A stretch of DNA of 64,000 nucleotides from an uncultured delta proteobacterium (GTDB lineage Bacteria > Desulfobacterota > Binatia > UBA9968). Positions 1 to 9,050 of the stretch are shown piece by piece; the first letter of the stretch is position 1, and every line of letters begins with the position of its first letter. The stretch lies in NCBI GenBank assembly GCA_963801935.1, contig CAWDHA010000032.1:18602-82601 (forward strand), read 5' to 3'. The notes below the pieces were generated by a model. It was not told where the DNA came from. It saw only the letters and a program-made list of their open reading frames with translations, and ran no database searches. The position numbers and the translations under genes were made by a program.

Positions 1-1
1 T

Positions 2-388
2 GATGTCATCCATACCGACCTTTACGAAGTAGATTTGGCGGCGCGAATCACAGTGCGCGTTCCACTGCGTTTTGTCGGTAAGGGGGCGGGAGTGGTGCGC
101 GGCGGCATTCTGCAACCGATTGTCCGTGAAGTCGAAGTCGAATGTTTGCCTTTGGATATTCCCGGCTTTTTCAACGTCGACGTCAGCGCGCTCGACATCG
201 GCGATTCAATCCACGTTGAGGACATTCCCATGCCTGAGGGCGTGAGCGCCCTGTACGAATCGAATTTCGCCGTCGTCACCGTGGTGACGCCAACGGTTGA
301 AGAAGCGCCGACGGCGGCTGCCGCAGAAGGTGAGGTGGCGGTTGAGGGAGCAGCCGAACCCACGGCCGAGAGTAAAGAAGAGGATTAA
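2..388 (+). CDS. rplY: 50S ribosomal protein L25/Ctc (TL5-type), C-terminal part; 5' end outside window
   Basis: VPLRFVG..GV..GGIL..EVEVECLP..IP..VDVSALDIGDSIHV is the TL5 C-terminal domain; acidic tail; directly upstream of pth. Confidence 0.95.
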   Translation, partial: DVIHTDLYEVDLAARITVRVPLRFVGKGAGVVRGGILQPIVREVEVECLPLDIPGFFNVDVSALDIGDSIHVEDIPMPEGVSALYESNFAVVTVVTPTVEEAPTAAAAEGEVAVEGAAEPTAESKEED

Positions 389-420
389 GCGCTTGCGCCA
401 TGGCTTTAAGGTAGTTGCCG

Positions 421-987
421 GTGAAATTCGTCGTTGGGCTGGGCAACCCGGGAAAAAAATACCGGGCCACGCGCCACAATCTTGGGTTTTTAGTCGTTGA
501 TCGCATTGCTGCTCGGCAGGGTACACCGGTGCGCGACGAGACTTGCGGCGCCCTCACCGGCGAATGGACCCAAGACGCCGAAACCATACTGCTCGCCAAG
601 CCGCAAAACTTTATGAACCGCAGCGGCATTGTCGTAAGCGAGCTACTGCGGCAGTTTCATGGAACGCTCGACGGCTTGGTGGTGGTCTATGATGATGTTG
701 ATTTGCCGTTTGGCCGGATACGAATTCGCACCCAAGGAAGCTCCGGCGGGCACCGCGGCTTGATCTCTATCATCGAGAACCTCGGAAGTTCGTCATTCTC
801 GCGTCTTCGCATCGGCATCGGTCGACCGCCAGAAGGCGTGGAAACGGCGGATCATGTGTTGCAACCGTTCGACGCCGATCAAACAGCTCAGTTAAATGAC
901 CTCGTCGATAGCGCGAGCGACGCGGTGATGGCGTGGGTAAAGGGCGGCGCCGAAATGGCTATGCGCGATTTTAACCGGGCTCCCTGA
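421..987 (+). CDS. pth: peptidyl-tRNA hydrolase
   Basis: VGLGNPG..Y..TRHNLGF, KPQNFMNRSG, YDDVDLPFG, GGHRGL and RLRIGIGRP motifs; GTG start at 421. Confidence 0.97.
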   Translation: MKFVVGLGNPGKKYRATRHNLGFLVVDRIAARQGTPVRDETCGALTGEWTQDAETILLAKPQNFMNRSGIVVSELLRQFHGTLDGLVVVYDDVDLPFGRIRIRTQGSSGGHRGLISIIENLGSSSFSRLRIGIGRPPEGVETADHVLQPFDADQTAQLNDLVDSASDAVMAWVKGGAEMAMRDFNRAP

Positions 988-1015
988 GCAACTGGCTGGA
1001 CGATTAAAGATCGCG

Positions 1016-1152
1016 GCCGAAGAGTAAGCTTCTCCGGTAGCGGCCAATGGGCCTGTACCTTGAGGAGACCTTTTTGAAATGTCGAAGTTCGAATTTTGCA
1101 ATTCGAAAATGTGAGACTTCTGTGTCCGCTCTCTACGAGGCATACTCCTTGG
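1016..1152. repeat. Repeat family R3 (ends CCGAGGAGTAAG..CTTACTCCTCGG, core GGGCCTGTACC), copy with no insert
   Basis: Aligns by eye with 52863-53034, 32440-32568 and the reverse complement of 24548-24656. Confidence 0.8.
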
Positions 1153-1175
1153 GCGACGCCTCGCAGGTTCTCGGC

Positions 1176-1319
1176 GCAGGCTGCTCAAAAAGATCCAGAG
1201 GCGAGGCGCGCTCTGGGTGTTTCGGGTTTCGGGTCCCGCGTTTCGGGTTGAGACTCGAAACAAGAAACTCGGAACTCGAAACTGCGTGAGCGCATATGGG
1301 ATCTTTTTCAGCAGCCTGC
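1176..1319. mobile_element. MITE-like family R1 (ends GCAGGCTGCTCAAAAAG..CTTTTTCAGCAGCCTGC), interior replaced by a heptamer hairpin
   Basis: Terminal inverted repeats shared with 36081-36207 and 53082-53210; TTTCGGG/GAAACTC heptamers at 1219-1283. Confidence 0.8.
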
Positions 1320-1384
1320 CAGGTTTAATTGTAAACAGCTACCTGCTGTGGTACTAAAGTTGGCTCGCGGAGGATAATTGAAAC

Positions 1385-1765
1385 GTGACTCAATATGAAA
1401 CTATGATGGTGGTCCATCCGGAGCGAGGACCGCGCGTAAAAGAATTCATCGAGAGATTTCAAAAAGTAATCGAGGGCCAAAGCGGCGCCGCCGTCCATGT
1501 CGAGGAGTGGGGATTGCGCGATCTCGCCTATCGCATCGATAAACAAGGTAAAGGGTACTACGCTCTATTCCACTACCAGGGGACCGGGCAAACCGTTCAG
1601 GAACTCGAACGTAATCTTAAACTTACGGATGGCATTTTGCGCTATATGACGGTGCGCACCGATGAAAACCCGCAGCCGGCGAGTCCGGCTGTGGCGCGAA
1701 CCGCAGCGGCCGCCGAAGGCCGCGCCGTCGAGGAAGCAAAACCCAACAGCGAAGCGCAAACCTGA
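1385..1765 (+). CDS. rpsF: 30S ribosomal protein S6
   Basis: YETMMVVHP, EEWGLRDLAYRIDK and GYY motifs; GGAGG RBS. Confidence 0.97.
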   Translation: MTQYETMMVVHPERGPRVKEFIERFQKVIEGQSGAAVHVEEWGLRDLAYRIDKQGKGYYALFHYQGTGQTVQELERNLKLTDGILRYMTVRTDENPQPASPAVARTAAAAEGRAVEEAKPNSEAQT

Positions 1766-1985
1766 CCGAACCAGGGCAAAAGTCACGGCGCCGCCGAGTT
1801 CTTCGGAGAAGGTGTTTCGCAAGCCGCGCAAACCCATCGCCCATATTATCTTAACGATGCTCTCGAAGTTGGCACGAAGAGTCGTTTCTGCTTGAGGCTA
1901 TGGCTAAAGTTTCGACGGTGGCTGTGGACTTATTGGGCCGAAGGAAATTGTCGCGGCGACCAGCACGGATCGAGGTGTAGAAAAC

Positions 1986-2282
1986 ATGGCACAGTACGGA
2001 AGGGAAGGACCCGGGCGGCCTCGGGAGCGCGGCGACGATGACAAGGGACCGCCACGGCGGCGGCCGATGTTTCGCCGCAAGGTATGTCGTTTTTGCGCCG
2101 ACAAAACACTGAAGATTGATTACAAGGACATCCGGACGCTCACGCAGTTTGTCACCGAGCGGGGCAAGATGACGCCGAGTCGAATCACGGGAAACTGTGC
2201 GCGTCATCAAAGGATACTTACGACGGCCGTAAAGCGGGCGCGCACCATAGCGCTTCTGCCGTTCACGACTGCTAACAACTAG
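1986..2282 (+). CDS. rpsR: 30S ribosomal protein S18 (Zn-binding C+ type)
   Basis: [29 protein letters not shown] and ALLPF motifs. Confidence 0.97.
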   Translation: MAQYGREGPGRPRERGDDDKGPPRRRPMFRRKVCRFCADKTLKIDYKDIRTLTQFVTERGKMTPSRITGNCARHQRILTTAVKRARTIALLPFTTANN

Positions 2283-2340
2283 CCTGTTAGAATCACCTGA
2301 TCTGGCGAATTGGTCGGGACAAGGGCCCAGGCGTGTGCCC

Positions 2341-3294
2341 ATGCAAAAACTCTCGGTGATTAGCCGGTCTTTATTGGCGCTGGCGTGTAGCTTGTTTTTG
2401 TTTCTCGCCGGCGTAACTATGCCGGCGGCGGGTCTGTTTCTGTTCCCATTCGTGCCTCATCCCGCTCTGTCCCTGGCGCTCAGGTATGGGATGCCATCCG
2501 GAGCCGCAGTTCTGTTAGGCACAATTCTACTCTTGGCCATCTTCGCAAGCAAAGAAGCGGCGTATATTTACGGCATATTTGCATTGATCGCCGTCCTTTT
2601 ATTTGTCCTGCTCGGTAAACTGCGCGCCATCGAATATCTGGTTGCCGCCGTCGCCGGTGCGGTTTTCATCGCTGTGGCAGGTCTCCTGGGTTATTGGTTC
2701 GGCTCCTGGACGGCGGTGACGCGGGAATTGCATGAGAGCATGATGCAACACATGACAGCAGCGCTGAGCGCATACGAAAGAATGGGGCTTTCCAAGGACA
2801 GCCTCGATCTCCTGCGCGAGCAGGTTCCGCAACTCGCTGAGACTCTGTTCCAGCTTTTGCCCGGACTGATCTTTTTAAGTCTGGGATTTACGGTCTTGAT
2901 CAATGTGCTACTACTTTGCCGGCGTTTTCCGGAAAGGCGCGCCGCATGGCTGTCCCTGGATCACCTGCGTGATTGGAAGGGCCCCGAGCCGCTGGTTTGG
3001 GGATTGATCGCTTGCGGCTTCGTGCTGCTCGCGCCGGGACTCGATATCTTGAATGGCTTAGCGCTTAACATCTTGCTCGTCATTGCGGCGTGCTACTTTG
3101 CCCAGGGGCTGGCGATCATCGCGTTCTTTTTTCACAAGAATAAGGTGCCGCGGTTTTTGCGCGGCATCACCTATGTGCTGATCGTACTGCAGCAGATATT
3201 TACCTTGATGGTCGTAGGTTTGGGCCTTTTCGACCTCTGGGGAGATTTTCGCCGCTTAAAAAAAAATAACCTGACGCCGAGCCAGGCGGCATAA
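2341..3294 (+). CDS. DUF2232/YybS family membrane protein
   Basis: Polytopic membrane protein with QGLAI..FF and GLFDLWGDFRR C-terminal motifs; usual position between rpsR and rplI. Confidence 0.85.
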   Translation: MQKLSVISRSLLALACSLFLFLAGVTMPAAGLFLFPFVPHPALSLALRYGMPSGAAVLLGTILLLAIFASKEAAYIYGIFALIAVLLFVLLGKLRAIEYLVAAVAGAVFIAVAGLLGYWFGSWTAVTRELHESMMQHMTAALSAYERMGLSKDSLDLLREQVPQLAETLFQLLPGLIFLSLGFTVLINVLLLCRRFPERRAAWLSLDHLRDWKGPEPLVWGLIACGFVLLAPGLDILNGLALNILLVIAACYFAQGLAIIAFFFHKNKVPRFLRGITYVLIVLQQIFTLMVVGLGLFDLWGDFRRLKKNNLTPSQAA

Positions 3295-3303
3295 CCTGCG
3301 GCA

Positions 3304-3372
3304 GTTTCGCCTTTCGAGTTCCGGGTTTCGGGTTGTCCGGATAGCCGAAACGCGAGACTCGGGACTCAGAAC
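3304..3372. repeat. Heptamer (TTTCGRG/GAAAC) imperfect hairpin, family R5
   Basis: gtttcgcc tttcgag ttccggg tttcggg ... gaaacgc gagactc gggactc. Confidence 0.7.
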
Positions 3373-3396
3373 ATCTTTTATTCGAGTGGAGGTACC

Positions 3397-3861
3397 ATGG
3401 AAGTCATTTTGAAAGAAGACATAGCCAACGTCGGAAAAATCGGCGAGGTTGTGCGCGTCCGCGACGGCTATGCGCGAAACTATCTATTGCCGCGCGGGCT
3501 GGTGATGATTGCCAATAAGAAGAATTTAAAAACATTCGAGCATCGCAAGAAAATTGTCGGCGATCAGAAACAAAAGATCATGCGCCAGGCCCAGGCCGTC
3601 GGCCAAGAACTCACCGGTGCTACCGTTTCGATCTCCATGCGCGCCGGCGAGGAAGGGAAACTGTTTGGCTCGGTAACCAACATCCACATTGAAAAGGCGC
3701 TGAAAGCCAAGGGGCTTGACGTGGACCGGCGTAAAATCCAGCTCGAGCAGCCAATCAAAACTCTGGGAGACTTCGAGGTGCCGGTGCGTTTGACGGCGGA
3801 TCTTTCGGTGCCGGTTAAAGTTTCCATAATCCCGGAGGCAGGTTCGAAGGCCGGCGCTTAA
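3397..3861 (+). CDS. rplI: 50S ribosomal protein L9
   Basis: MEVILKEDI..GKIGEVVRVRDGYARNYLLP and GKLFGSVT motifs. Confidence 0.98.
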   Translation: MEVILKEDIANVGKIGEVVRVRDGYARNYLLPRGLVMIANKKNLKTFEHRKKIVGDQKQKIMRQAQAVGQELTGATVSISMRAGEEGKLFGSVTNIHIEKALKAKGLDVDRRKIQLEQPIKTLGDFEVPVRLTADLSVPVKVSIIPEAGSKAGA

Positions 3862-3973
3862 CGGAATCTTTCTTTTTGGCTCTTACCGGAGTCACCCGCC
3901 CAACCGGACATCTCCGGTTTGCTTCGAGGCGACTTACTCCTCGGACGACACTGCGCCGGTTTCTCTTCATCGA

Positions 3974-4799
3974 ATGAGTCATTGCGGCTATCAAGGCAGA
4001 CTGTGGCTGCTCGTTGCAGCGGTTTTGTGGAGTCTCGCCGGTGTCTTCATCAAATTTCTGGCTCTGGCGCCGCTGACGATCGTTTTCTACCGAAGTTTAT
4101 TTGCCGGTCTTTTCTTCCTGGTTTTCTTCGAAAGGCTTGAGGTTGTGCCGCGCCTGGCGCTACTGGTTTCAATCGCCAGCTATGCGGCGGCCATCAGTTC
4201 ATTCGTTGCCGCGAACAAAATGACCACTGCGGCCAATGCCATCGTCCTACAATATGCGGCGCCGATTTTTGTCTTCATGATTGTCGGTTTTTTCTTTCGC
4301 GAACGAATCGCGGCCGTCACCTGGGTCGCGCTCGCCATCGGCATGTCCGGCATAGCCGTCATATTCGCCGGCAGCGCGGGACAACCGGACTTCGCCGGGG
4401 TGAGCGTGGCGCTTTCAAGCGGTCTGCTGTTGTCGATCTTATATGGTGAGCTTGCGCTTTCTTCACGCGGTCCCGGCGGCGACTTTGACCTGTGTCAATA
4501 ATCTGGCGTGTTGCCTGTTGCTCTTGCCCTTTGTGACCGGCCAACTATCGCTGAGCCGCGCTGAATGCTTGATCCTTGTGGTGATGGGCATTGTGCAATT
4601 GGGCGTGCCTTATTGGCTCTTCGCGCGCGCTGTCGAGAAGATACCGGTTCACGAGTCCTCGTTGATCGTTCTGGTCGAGCCGGTGTTGAATCCGGTCTGG
4701 GTCGCGTGGCTGGTGGGAGAAATTCCGGCGGCGACGACCTTCATCGGCGGCGCTCTGATTGTCGCCGGCTTTGGCTGTGCGCTACGGCTGGGGCGTTAG
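3974..4799 (+). CDS. EamA/DMT family transporter, frameshifted near 4440
   Basis: ORFs 3974-4501 and 4443-4799 together give two EamA repeats (ANKMTTAANAIVLQYAAP; EPVLNPVWV..GE). Confidence 0.8.
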
Positions 4800-4908
4800 G
4801 GCCGCCACGGGCTGCTAGGTGTTCCTACTCCGCGCCGATGTTTCGTGTTTCGGGTTGCGAGTTAGCCGGAGAGCCAAATTCCCAGACCAACCGAAACTCC
4901 GCAACTCG

Positions 4909-5331
4909 CTATGCGGAAGCCCGCGCACCGCTTGGATGACGGATCTTCTCCTGCTCTTCCGCCGATAACGTTTTCAAGTCTTTACGCAGCTCGTAATTGA
5001 TGTGCTGGATCGCTTCCGAGGGACCGGAGCGGTTGCCCATCAGGACCATAGCGCCGGCGCCGGTATTCTCCAGTTGATAAAATGATCCGCCGGTGATCGT
5101 CGCCACCATGCCGGATGTCATCACCGCTTTTCCGCCGTCGGGAAAGCTCATCGTGCATTCGCCATCGATGACATAGAACGTTTGATCGGCGTTGTGGCAA
5201 TGCATGTCGTCTCTGTCTCCGGGGTTAGGGTAAACGTGAAGCCAGGCGTGAAAACGATTGGTATTAAAAATCTTTTTGCGCTTGCCCTCGGCGCGCGCCA
5301 TTTTAACCATATCGATGACTTCGATCGGCAT
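4909..5331 (-). CDS. cupin domain protein
   Basis: HCHNADQTFYVIDGE cupin motif 1; GAGG RBS; TTGACA-N18-TAGGCT upstream on the minus strand. Confidence 0.8.
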   Translation of the reverse strand: MPIEVIDMVKMARAEGKRKKIFNTNRFHAWLHVYPNPGDRDDMHCHNADQTFYVIDGECTMSFPDGGKAVMTSGMVATITGGSFYQLENTGAGAMVLMGNRSGPSEAIQHINYELRKDLKTLSAEEQEKIRHPSGARASA

Positions 5332-5472
5332 TGATTCCTCCTGCGGGTTAGATCGTCAAAGCCTATCAGCAGACGCGCTTTCTTGTCAAATTCCTCTGAG
5401 CGGCAAGTTAACAATCCAGCGGTTTTTTGATAGCTTCGAAACGCAACTCAAATTAGAAGCCAGGAGGTAAAT

Positions 5473-6276
5473 ATGTCGATGCAGTGGGGAATGGCGAATC
5501 GTTTGGCAAGAATCATCAAAGCAGACGGCCGCGCGGTTATGCTCGCGGTCGATCATGGCTATTTTCTCGGACCGACCAGCGGCTTGGAAGAGCCGCGGAA
5601 AACCATTGAACCGTTGCTGCCGCACGCGGACTCGATCATGCTCACGCGCGGCGTGCTCCGTACCTCGGTGGATCCAAGCGCGGATAAACCGGTGGTGCTG
5701 CGGGTTTCCGGCGGCACCAGCATCTTAAAGGAGCTTTCCAACGAAGACATCACGGTGTCTATCGACGATTGCATGCGCTTGAATGTCTCGGCGATGGCGC
5801 TTTCGATCTTCGTCGGCTCGGATTTCGAGAAAGAGACGCTGGTGAGTCTCGCCAAACTGGTCGACGAAGGTGAGAAGTACGGCATTCCGGTTCTCGCCGT
5901 CACCGCGGTGGGAAAGGACATGGCGCGCGATGTCCGTTATCTCGGTCTATCCTGCCGGATCGCGGCCGAGATGGGCGCGCACATCGTCAAGACCTATTAC
6001 TGCGACGACTTTGAGCAGCTCATCGAGAGCTGTCCGATTCCCGTGATTGTCGCCGGCGGCAAGAAAACCCCTGAGCTTGAAGCCCTCGAGCTTGCTTACA
6101 ATGCTGTGAAAGGCGGCGCGGTCGGCGTCGATATGGGACGCAATATTTTTCAGTCCGATGCGCCGGTGGGCATGATCAAAGCGGTGCGCGCGATCGTCCA
6201 TGACAACGTATCGGTAAAGGAAGCGTACAAGATTTACGAGAGTGAAAAGCATAGCAAAGCTAGGAAAGCGGGATAG
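5473..6276 (+). CDS. lsrF: LsrF-like thiolase / class I aldolase (DhnA family)
   Basis: WGMANRL, MLAVDHGYFLGPTSGLE, VKTYY, AGGKK and GVDMGRNIFQS motifs. Confidence 0.88.
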   Translation: MSMQWGMANRLARIIKADGRAVMLAVDHGYFLGPTSGLEEPRKTIEPLLPHADSIMLTRGVLRTSVDPSADKPVVLRVSGGTSILKELSNEDITVSIDDCMRLNVSAMALSIFVGSDFEKETLVSLAKLVDEGEKYGIPVLAVTAVGKDMARDVRYLGLSCRIAAEMGAHIVKTYYCDDFEQLIESCPIPVIVAGGKKTPELEALELAYNAVKGGAVGVDMGRNIFQSDAPVGMIKAVRAIVHDNVSVKEAYKIYESEKHSKARKAG

Positions 6277-6280
6277 GACT

Positions 6281-6313
6281 AAGTTTCTAGTTTTAAGTTT
6301 CTGGTTTCTAGTT
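6281..6313. repeat. Heptamer array, left arm (R5)
   Basis: AAGTTTC TAGTTTT AAGTTTC TGGTTTC TAGTT. Confidence 0.8.
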
Positions 6314-6335
6314 AAAAAATTCAAAACGAGTGAAC

Positions 6336-6725
6336 ATGTCCACATTTAGACGCTTTGAAGACATCGAAGCTTGGCAAAAAGCTCGTGAACTAACCAAAGT
6401 TGTTTACCAACTTTCTGGCCGCGGCCACTTTGCGAAAGATTTGGTTTGCGGGATCAAATTCGCCGCGCAAGCGTTTCGATCATGGCAAATATCGCAGAAG
6501 GGTTCGAGCGAGACGGTACTGGTGAGTTCATCCAGTTTTTAGCCATTGCCAAAGGATCAGCAGCAGAAGTTCTTTCGCACGCATATGTTGCGTGGACCAA
6601 GGATTTATTCGCCAAAGCGAGTCGATTGCCTGAATCAGAAGACGTCGGCGGTTCGAAGCATGATGGCAGCGTTGATGACGTATCTCCGGAAAGCGGGAAT
6701 AAAAGGCCTCAAGTTTAGATCTTAA
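6336..6725 (+). pseudogene. four-helix-bundle (23S rRNA IVP/Avd-like) protein, at least two frameshifts
   Basis: [13 protein letters not shown], then [38 protein letters not shown] in a second frame; could be a real pseudogene or consensus error. Confidence 0.85.
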
Positions 6726-6757
6726 ATGCGAATAGACGGACGCTGGTCCATGGATTC

Positions 6758-6791
6758 AAACCAGAAACGAGAAACTAGAAACCACAAACTC
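6758..6791. repeat. Heptamer array, right arm (R5), complementary to 6281-6313
   Basis: AAACCAG AAACGAG AAACTAG AAACCAC AAACTC. Confidence 0.8.
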
Positions 6792-6803
6792 AGCGCGGCG
6801 CGC

Positions 6804-7829
6804 ATGCGCGTCGCCATGTATTACAACAATAGCGATGTCCGGTTGGAGGAGTTGCCGGTTCCGAGAGTCGGTCCGGGTGAATTGTTAATTCGCACGCGCG
6901 CGAGCGGCATCTGCGGTAGCGACTTGATGGAGTGGTACCGCGTCAAGAAGGCGCCGCTGGTGCTGGGCCATGAGATTACCGGTGAGATCGTCGAACTCGG
7001 CGCGGCGGTCGCGAACTTCAAAGTCGGTGATCGAGTGTTTTCCTCGCATCATGTGCCTTGTGGCCACTGCCGCTATTGCTTATCCGGCCACCAGTCTGTT
7101 TGTGACCTGCTGCGCGCGACTCATTTCGATCCCGGCGGCTTCGCCGAGTATATCCGCGTGCCACAAATCAATGTGGCGCTTGGCACCTTGCGGATTCCGG
7201 ACGCGATGACGTTTGACGAGGGTTCGTTCATCGAGCCTTTGGCGTGCGTCGTGCGCGCGCAACGTTTCGCGAACCTGGCTGCCGGCCAAACCGTTCTGGT
7301 GATCGGCAGCGGCATCTCCGGCTTACTGCATATTCAGCTCGCCCGTGTGCGCGGCGCGGCGCGGATCATTGCCACGGACATCAGCGATTTTCGCTTGAAC
7401 GCAGCCAAACAGTTCGGCGCCGACGAGGTGATCCACGGTTCCGAGGATGTGCCGGCGAAGCTCATGGAATTGAATTATGGACGTTTGGCGGATCTGGTGA
7501 TCGTGTGCACCGGCGTGCTGCCGGCGATCGAGCAGGCGACGAAATCCATTGACCGCGGTGGCACCTTGCTGTTTTTTGCGCCCACCGCCGCCGGCGTCGA
7601 TGTGCCGATTCCGCTCTTCGATTTCTGGCGCGACGAGATCAAGGTCGTGACCTCCTACGCCGGCAGCGGCGACGATCTGAAAGAGTCCCTGGGCCTGATT
7701 CGCGACCATCAAGTGCGCGTCGCCGATATGGTGACGCATCGTCTGTCATTGGCCGAAGCCGGCCTCGGTTTTCAGTTGACCGCCAGCGGCCAGAATTCGA
7801 TCAAGGTGATTATCGATCCGCTGATTTAA
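6804..7829 (+). CDS. Zn-dependent alcohol/polyol dehydrogenase (MDR family)
   Basis: GICGSD, GHE, structural Zn CGHCRYC..C and GSGISG Rossmann motifs. Confidence 0.92.
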   Translation: MRVAMYYNNSDVRLEELPVPRVGPGELLIRTRASGICGSDLMEWYRVKKAPLVLGHEITGEIVELGAAVANFKVGDRVFSSHHVPCGHCRYCLSGHQSVCDLLRATHFDPGGFAEYIRVPQINVALGTLRIPDAMTFDEGSFIEPLACVVRAQRFANLAAGQTVLVIGSGISGLLHIQLARVRGAARIIATDISDFRLNAAKQFGADEVIHGSEDVPAKLMELNYGRLADLVIVCTGVLPAIEQATKSIDRGGTLLFFAPTAAGVDVPIPLFDFWRDEIKVVTSYAGSGDDLKESLGLIRDHQVRVADMVTHRLSLAEAGLGFQLTASGQNSIKVIIDPLI

Positions 7830-7832
7830 TTC

Positions 7833-7897
7833 GTTTCGAGTTACGAGTTTCGGATTCTGGGTTTCCGAACTCAAACATAAAACCCGAAACGCGAAAC
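7833..7897. repeat. Heptamer hairpin (R5) between convergent genes
   Basis: gtttcga gttacga gtttcgg ... aaacccg aaacgcg aaac. Confidence 0.75.
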
Positions 7898-8895
7898 TAT
7901 CGAACGATCCCCAACTCCTTACGCGCTTTGTCGACGAAGCTGTAGTTGACGACGTCGGCAACTGCGACCGGCTTTGTGACCTTGGCGCTGTCTCGGGCGA
8001 GATCGATCAGCACCTGTACAGACTCCGGCCTGACATAGGCGTCCTTGGTCAGGACCCGGGTGACTTGCTTGAACATTTCGCCCGCCAGCTTGGGATCGCT
8101 CATGCGCCACTGCTTCATGACGATGGTCGTCACGGCTTCGTGATTGCTCTTGTCCCAGACGAACTGAAGCCCGCGCAGGGTGGCGCGTACCATTCGATAC
8201 ACCTCGTCGGCGTTTTCACGGATCTTTTTTTCAGATGTGCCGAAGCCGTTCTGTGGAAATTCGACAACGTCCCCGGCAAAAACCAGTTCGTTGTATCCTT
8301 TATCGAGGGCGATGATGTTTTCAGGCACCGATAAAAACGCGGCGTCGACGACGCCGTTTTCAAGCACCGCGTAACGACCCGCTGCCGAACCGCCCATCGG
8401 CAGAAGCGAAACGTTGCGGTCGGGTTCCAGACCGTAGTGTCTTAGCACTTTTTCCGCCACCAGGGTTGCCGATCCTCCCGGCGAGCTGCCGGCGATCTTT
8501 TTTCCATTGAGTTGCTGGACGTCCTTGATGTCCTTTTTGCTCATCAAAAAAAGGAACGGCTTGGCGACGGTAAAGAGCAGCACTTTCATCGGTTGGCCGC
8601 GCACGGCGGCGCCGATGGTTCCGGTCACTGCTCCATTGTAATCAACATCGCCTGATTGCACCGCCGTGCTGGCGAGATTGGCGGGCATGAAAATAACCTC
8701 GAGATCGATGCCTTCTTCCTTGAAGAAACCGCGATGGAGCGCGCTGTAGAGCGCGAGGAAGGAGATGTTGGTTGAGGAACTGCCCATGCGAATTTTTTTG
8801 AGGGTTTGAGCATGTGCGGGTGACGCCAACCGAATAGCTGCCGCGCAAAAAACTGCCAGCACGAAGCCAAGCAGAAGTGTTCTTCTGTAATTCAT
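7897..8895 (-). CDS. ABC transporter substrate-binding protein, NMT1/SsuA-like
   Basis: Signal peptide; GFFKEEGIDLEV and LNGKKIAGSSPG motifs; ATG at 8895 (the longer ORF extension crosses a REP-like repeat). Confidence 0.88.
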   Translation of the reverse strand: MNYRRTLLLGFVLAVFCAAAIRLASPAHAQTLKKIRMGSSSTNISFLALYSALHRGFFKEEGIDLEVIFMPANLASTAVQSGDVDYNGAVTGTIGAAVRGQPMKVLLFTVAKPFLFLMSKKDIKDVQQLNGKKIAGSSPGGSATLVAEKVLRHYGLEPDRNVSLLPMGGSAAGRYAVLENGVVDAAFLSVPENIIALDKGYNELVFAGDVVEFPQNGFGTSEKKIRENADEVYRMVRATLRGLQFVWDKSNHEAVTTIVMKQWRMSDPKLAGEMFKQVTRVLTKDAYVRPESVQVLIDLARDSAKVTKPVAVADVVNYSFVDKARKELGIVR

Positions 8896-8964
8896 TTTAG
8901 TCTTCCATTCTTCTCGGTAACGCCGTTGGCTCCTATGCACTCGATGTGCCGGGCGAAAGAAGGT

Positions 8965-9031
8965 CGTCACTCCCGCGCACGCGAGAGTCCAGACTGCGGA
9001 AGACCTGGATTCCCGTTTGCACGGGAATGAC
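8965..9031. repeat. REP-like palindromic pair (GTCAYTCCCG..CGGGAATGAC type)
   Basis: cgtcactcccgcgcacgcgagagtccag ... ctggattcccgtttgcacgggaatgacg inverted arms. Confidence 0.7.
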
Positions 9032-9050
9032 GGAAAAGCCCAGGCACACG

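Noticed and set aside
892-1289. ORFs 892-1263 and 1047-1289, and similar ORFs at 24562-24858, 35965-36174 and 52839-53177
   Set aside because: They are translations of the R1, R3 and M repeats; the recurring peptides reflect repeated DNA, not a protein family.
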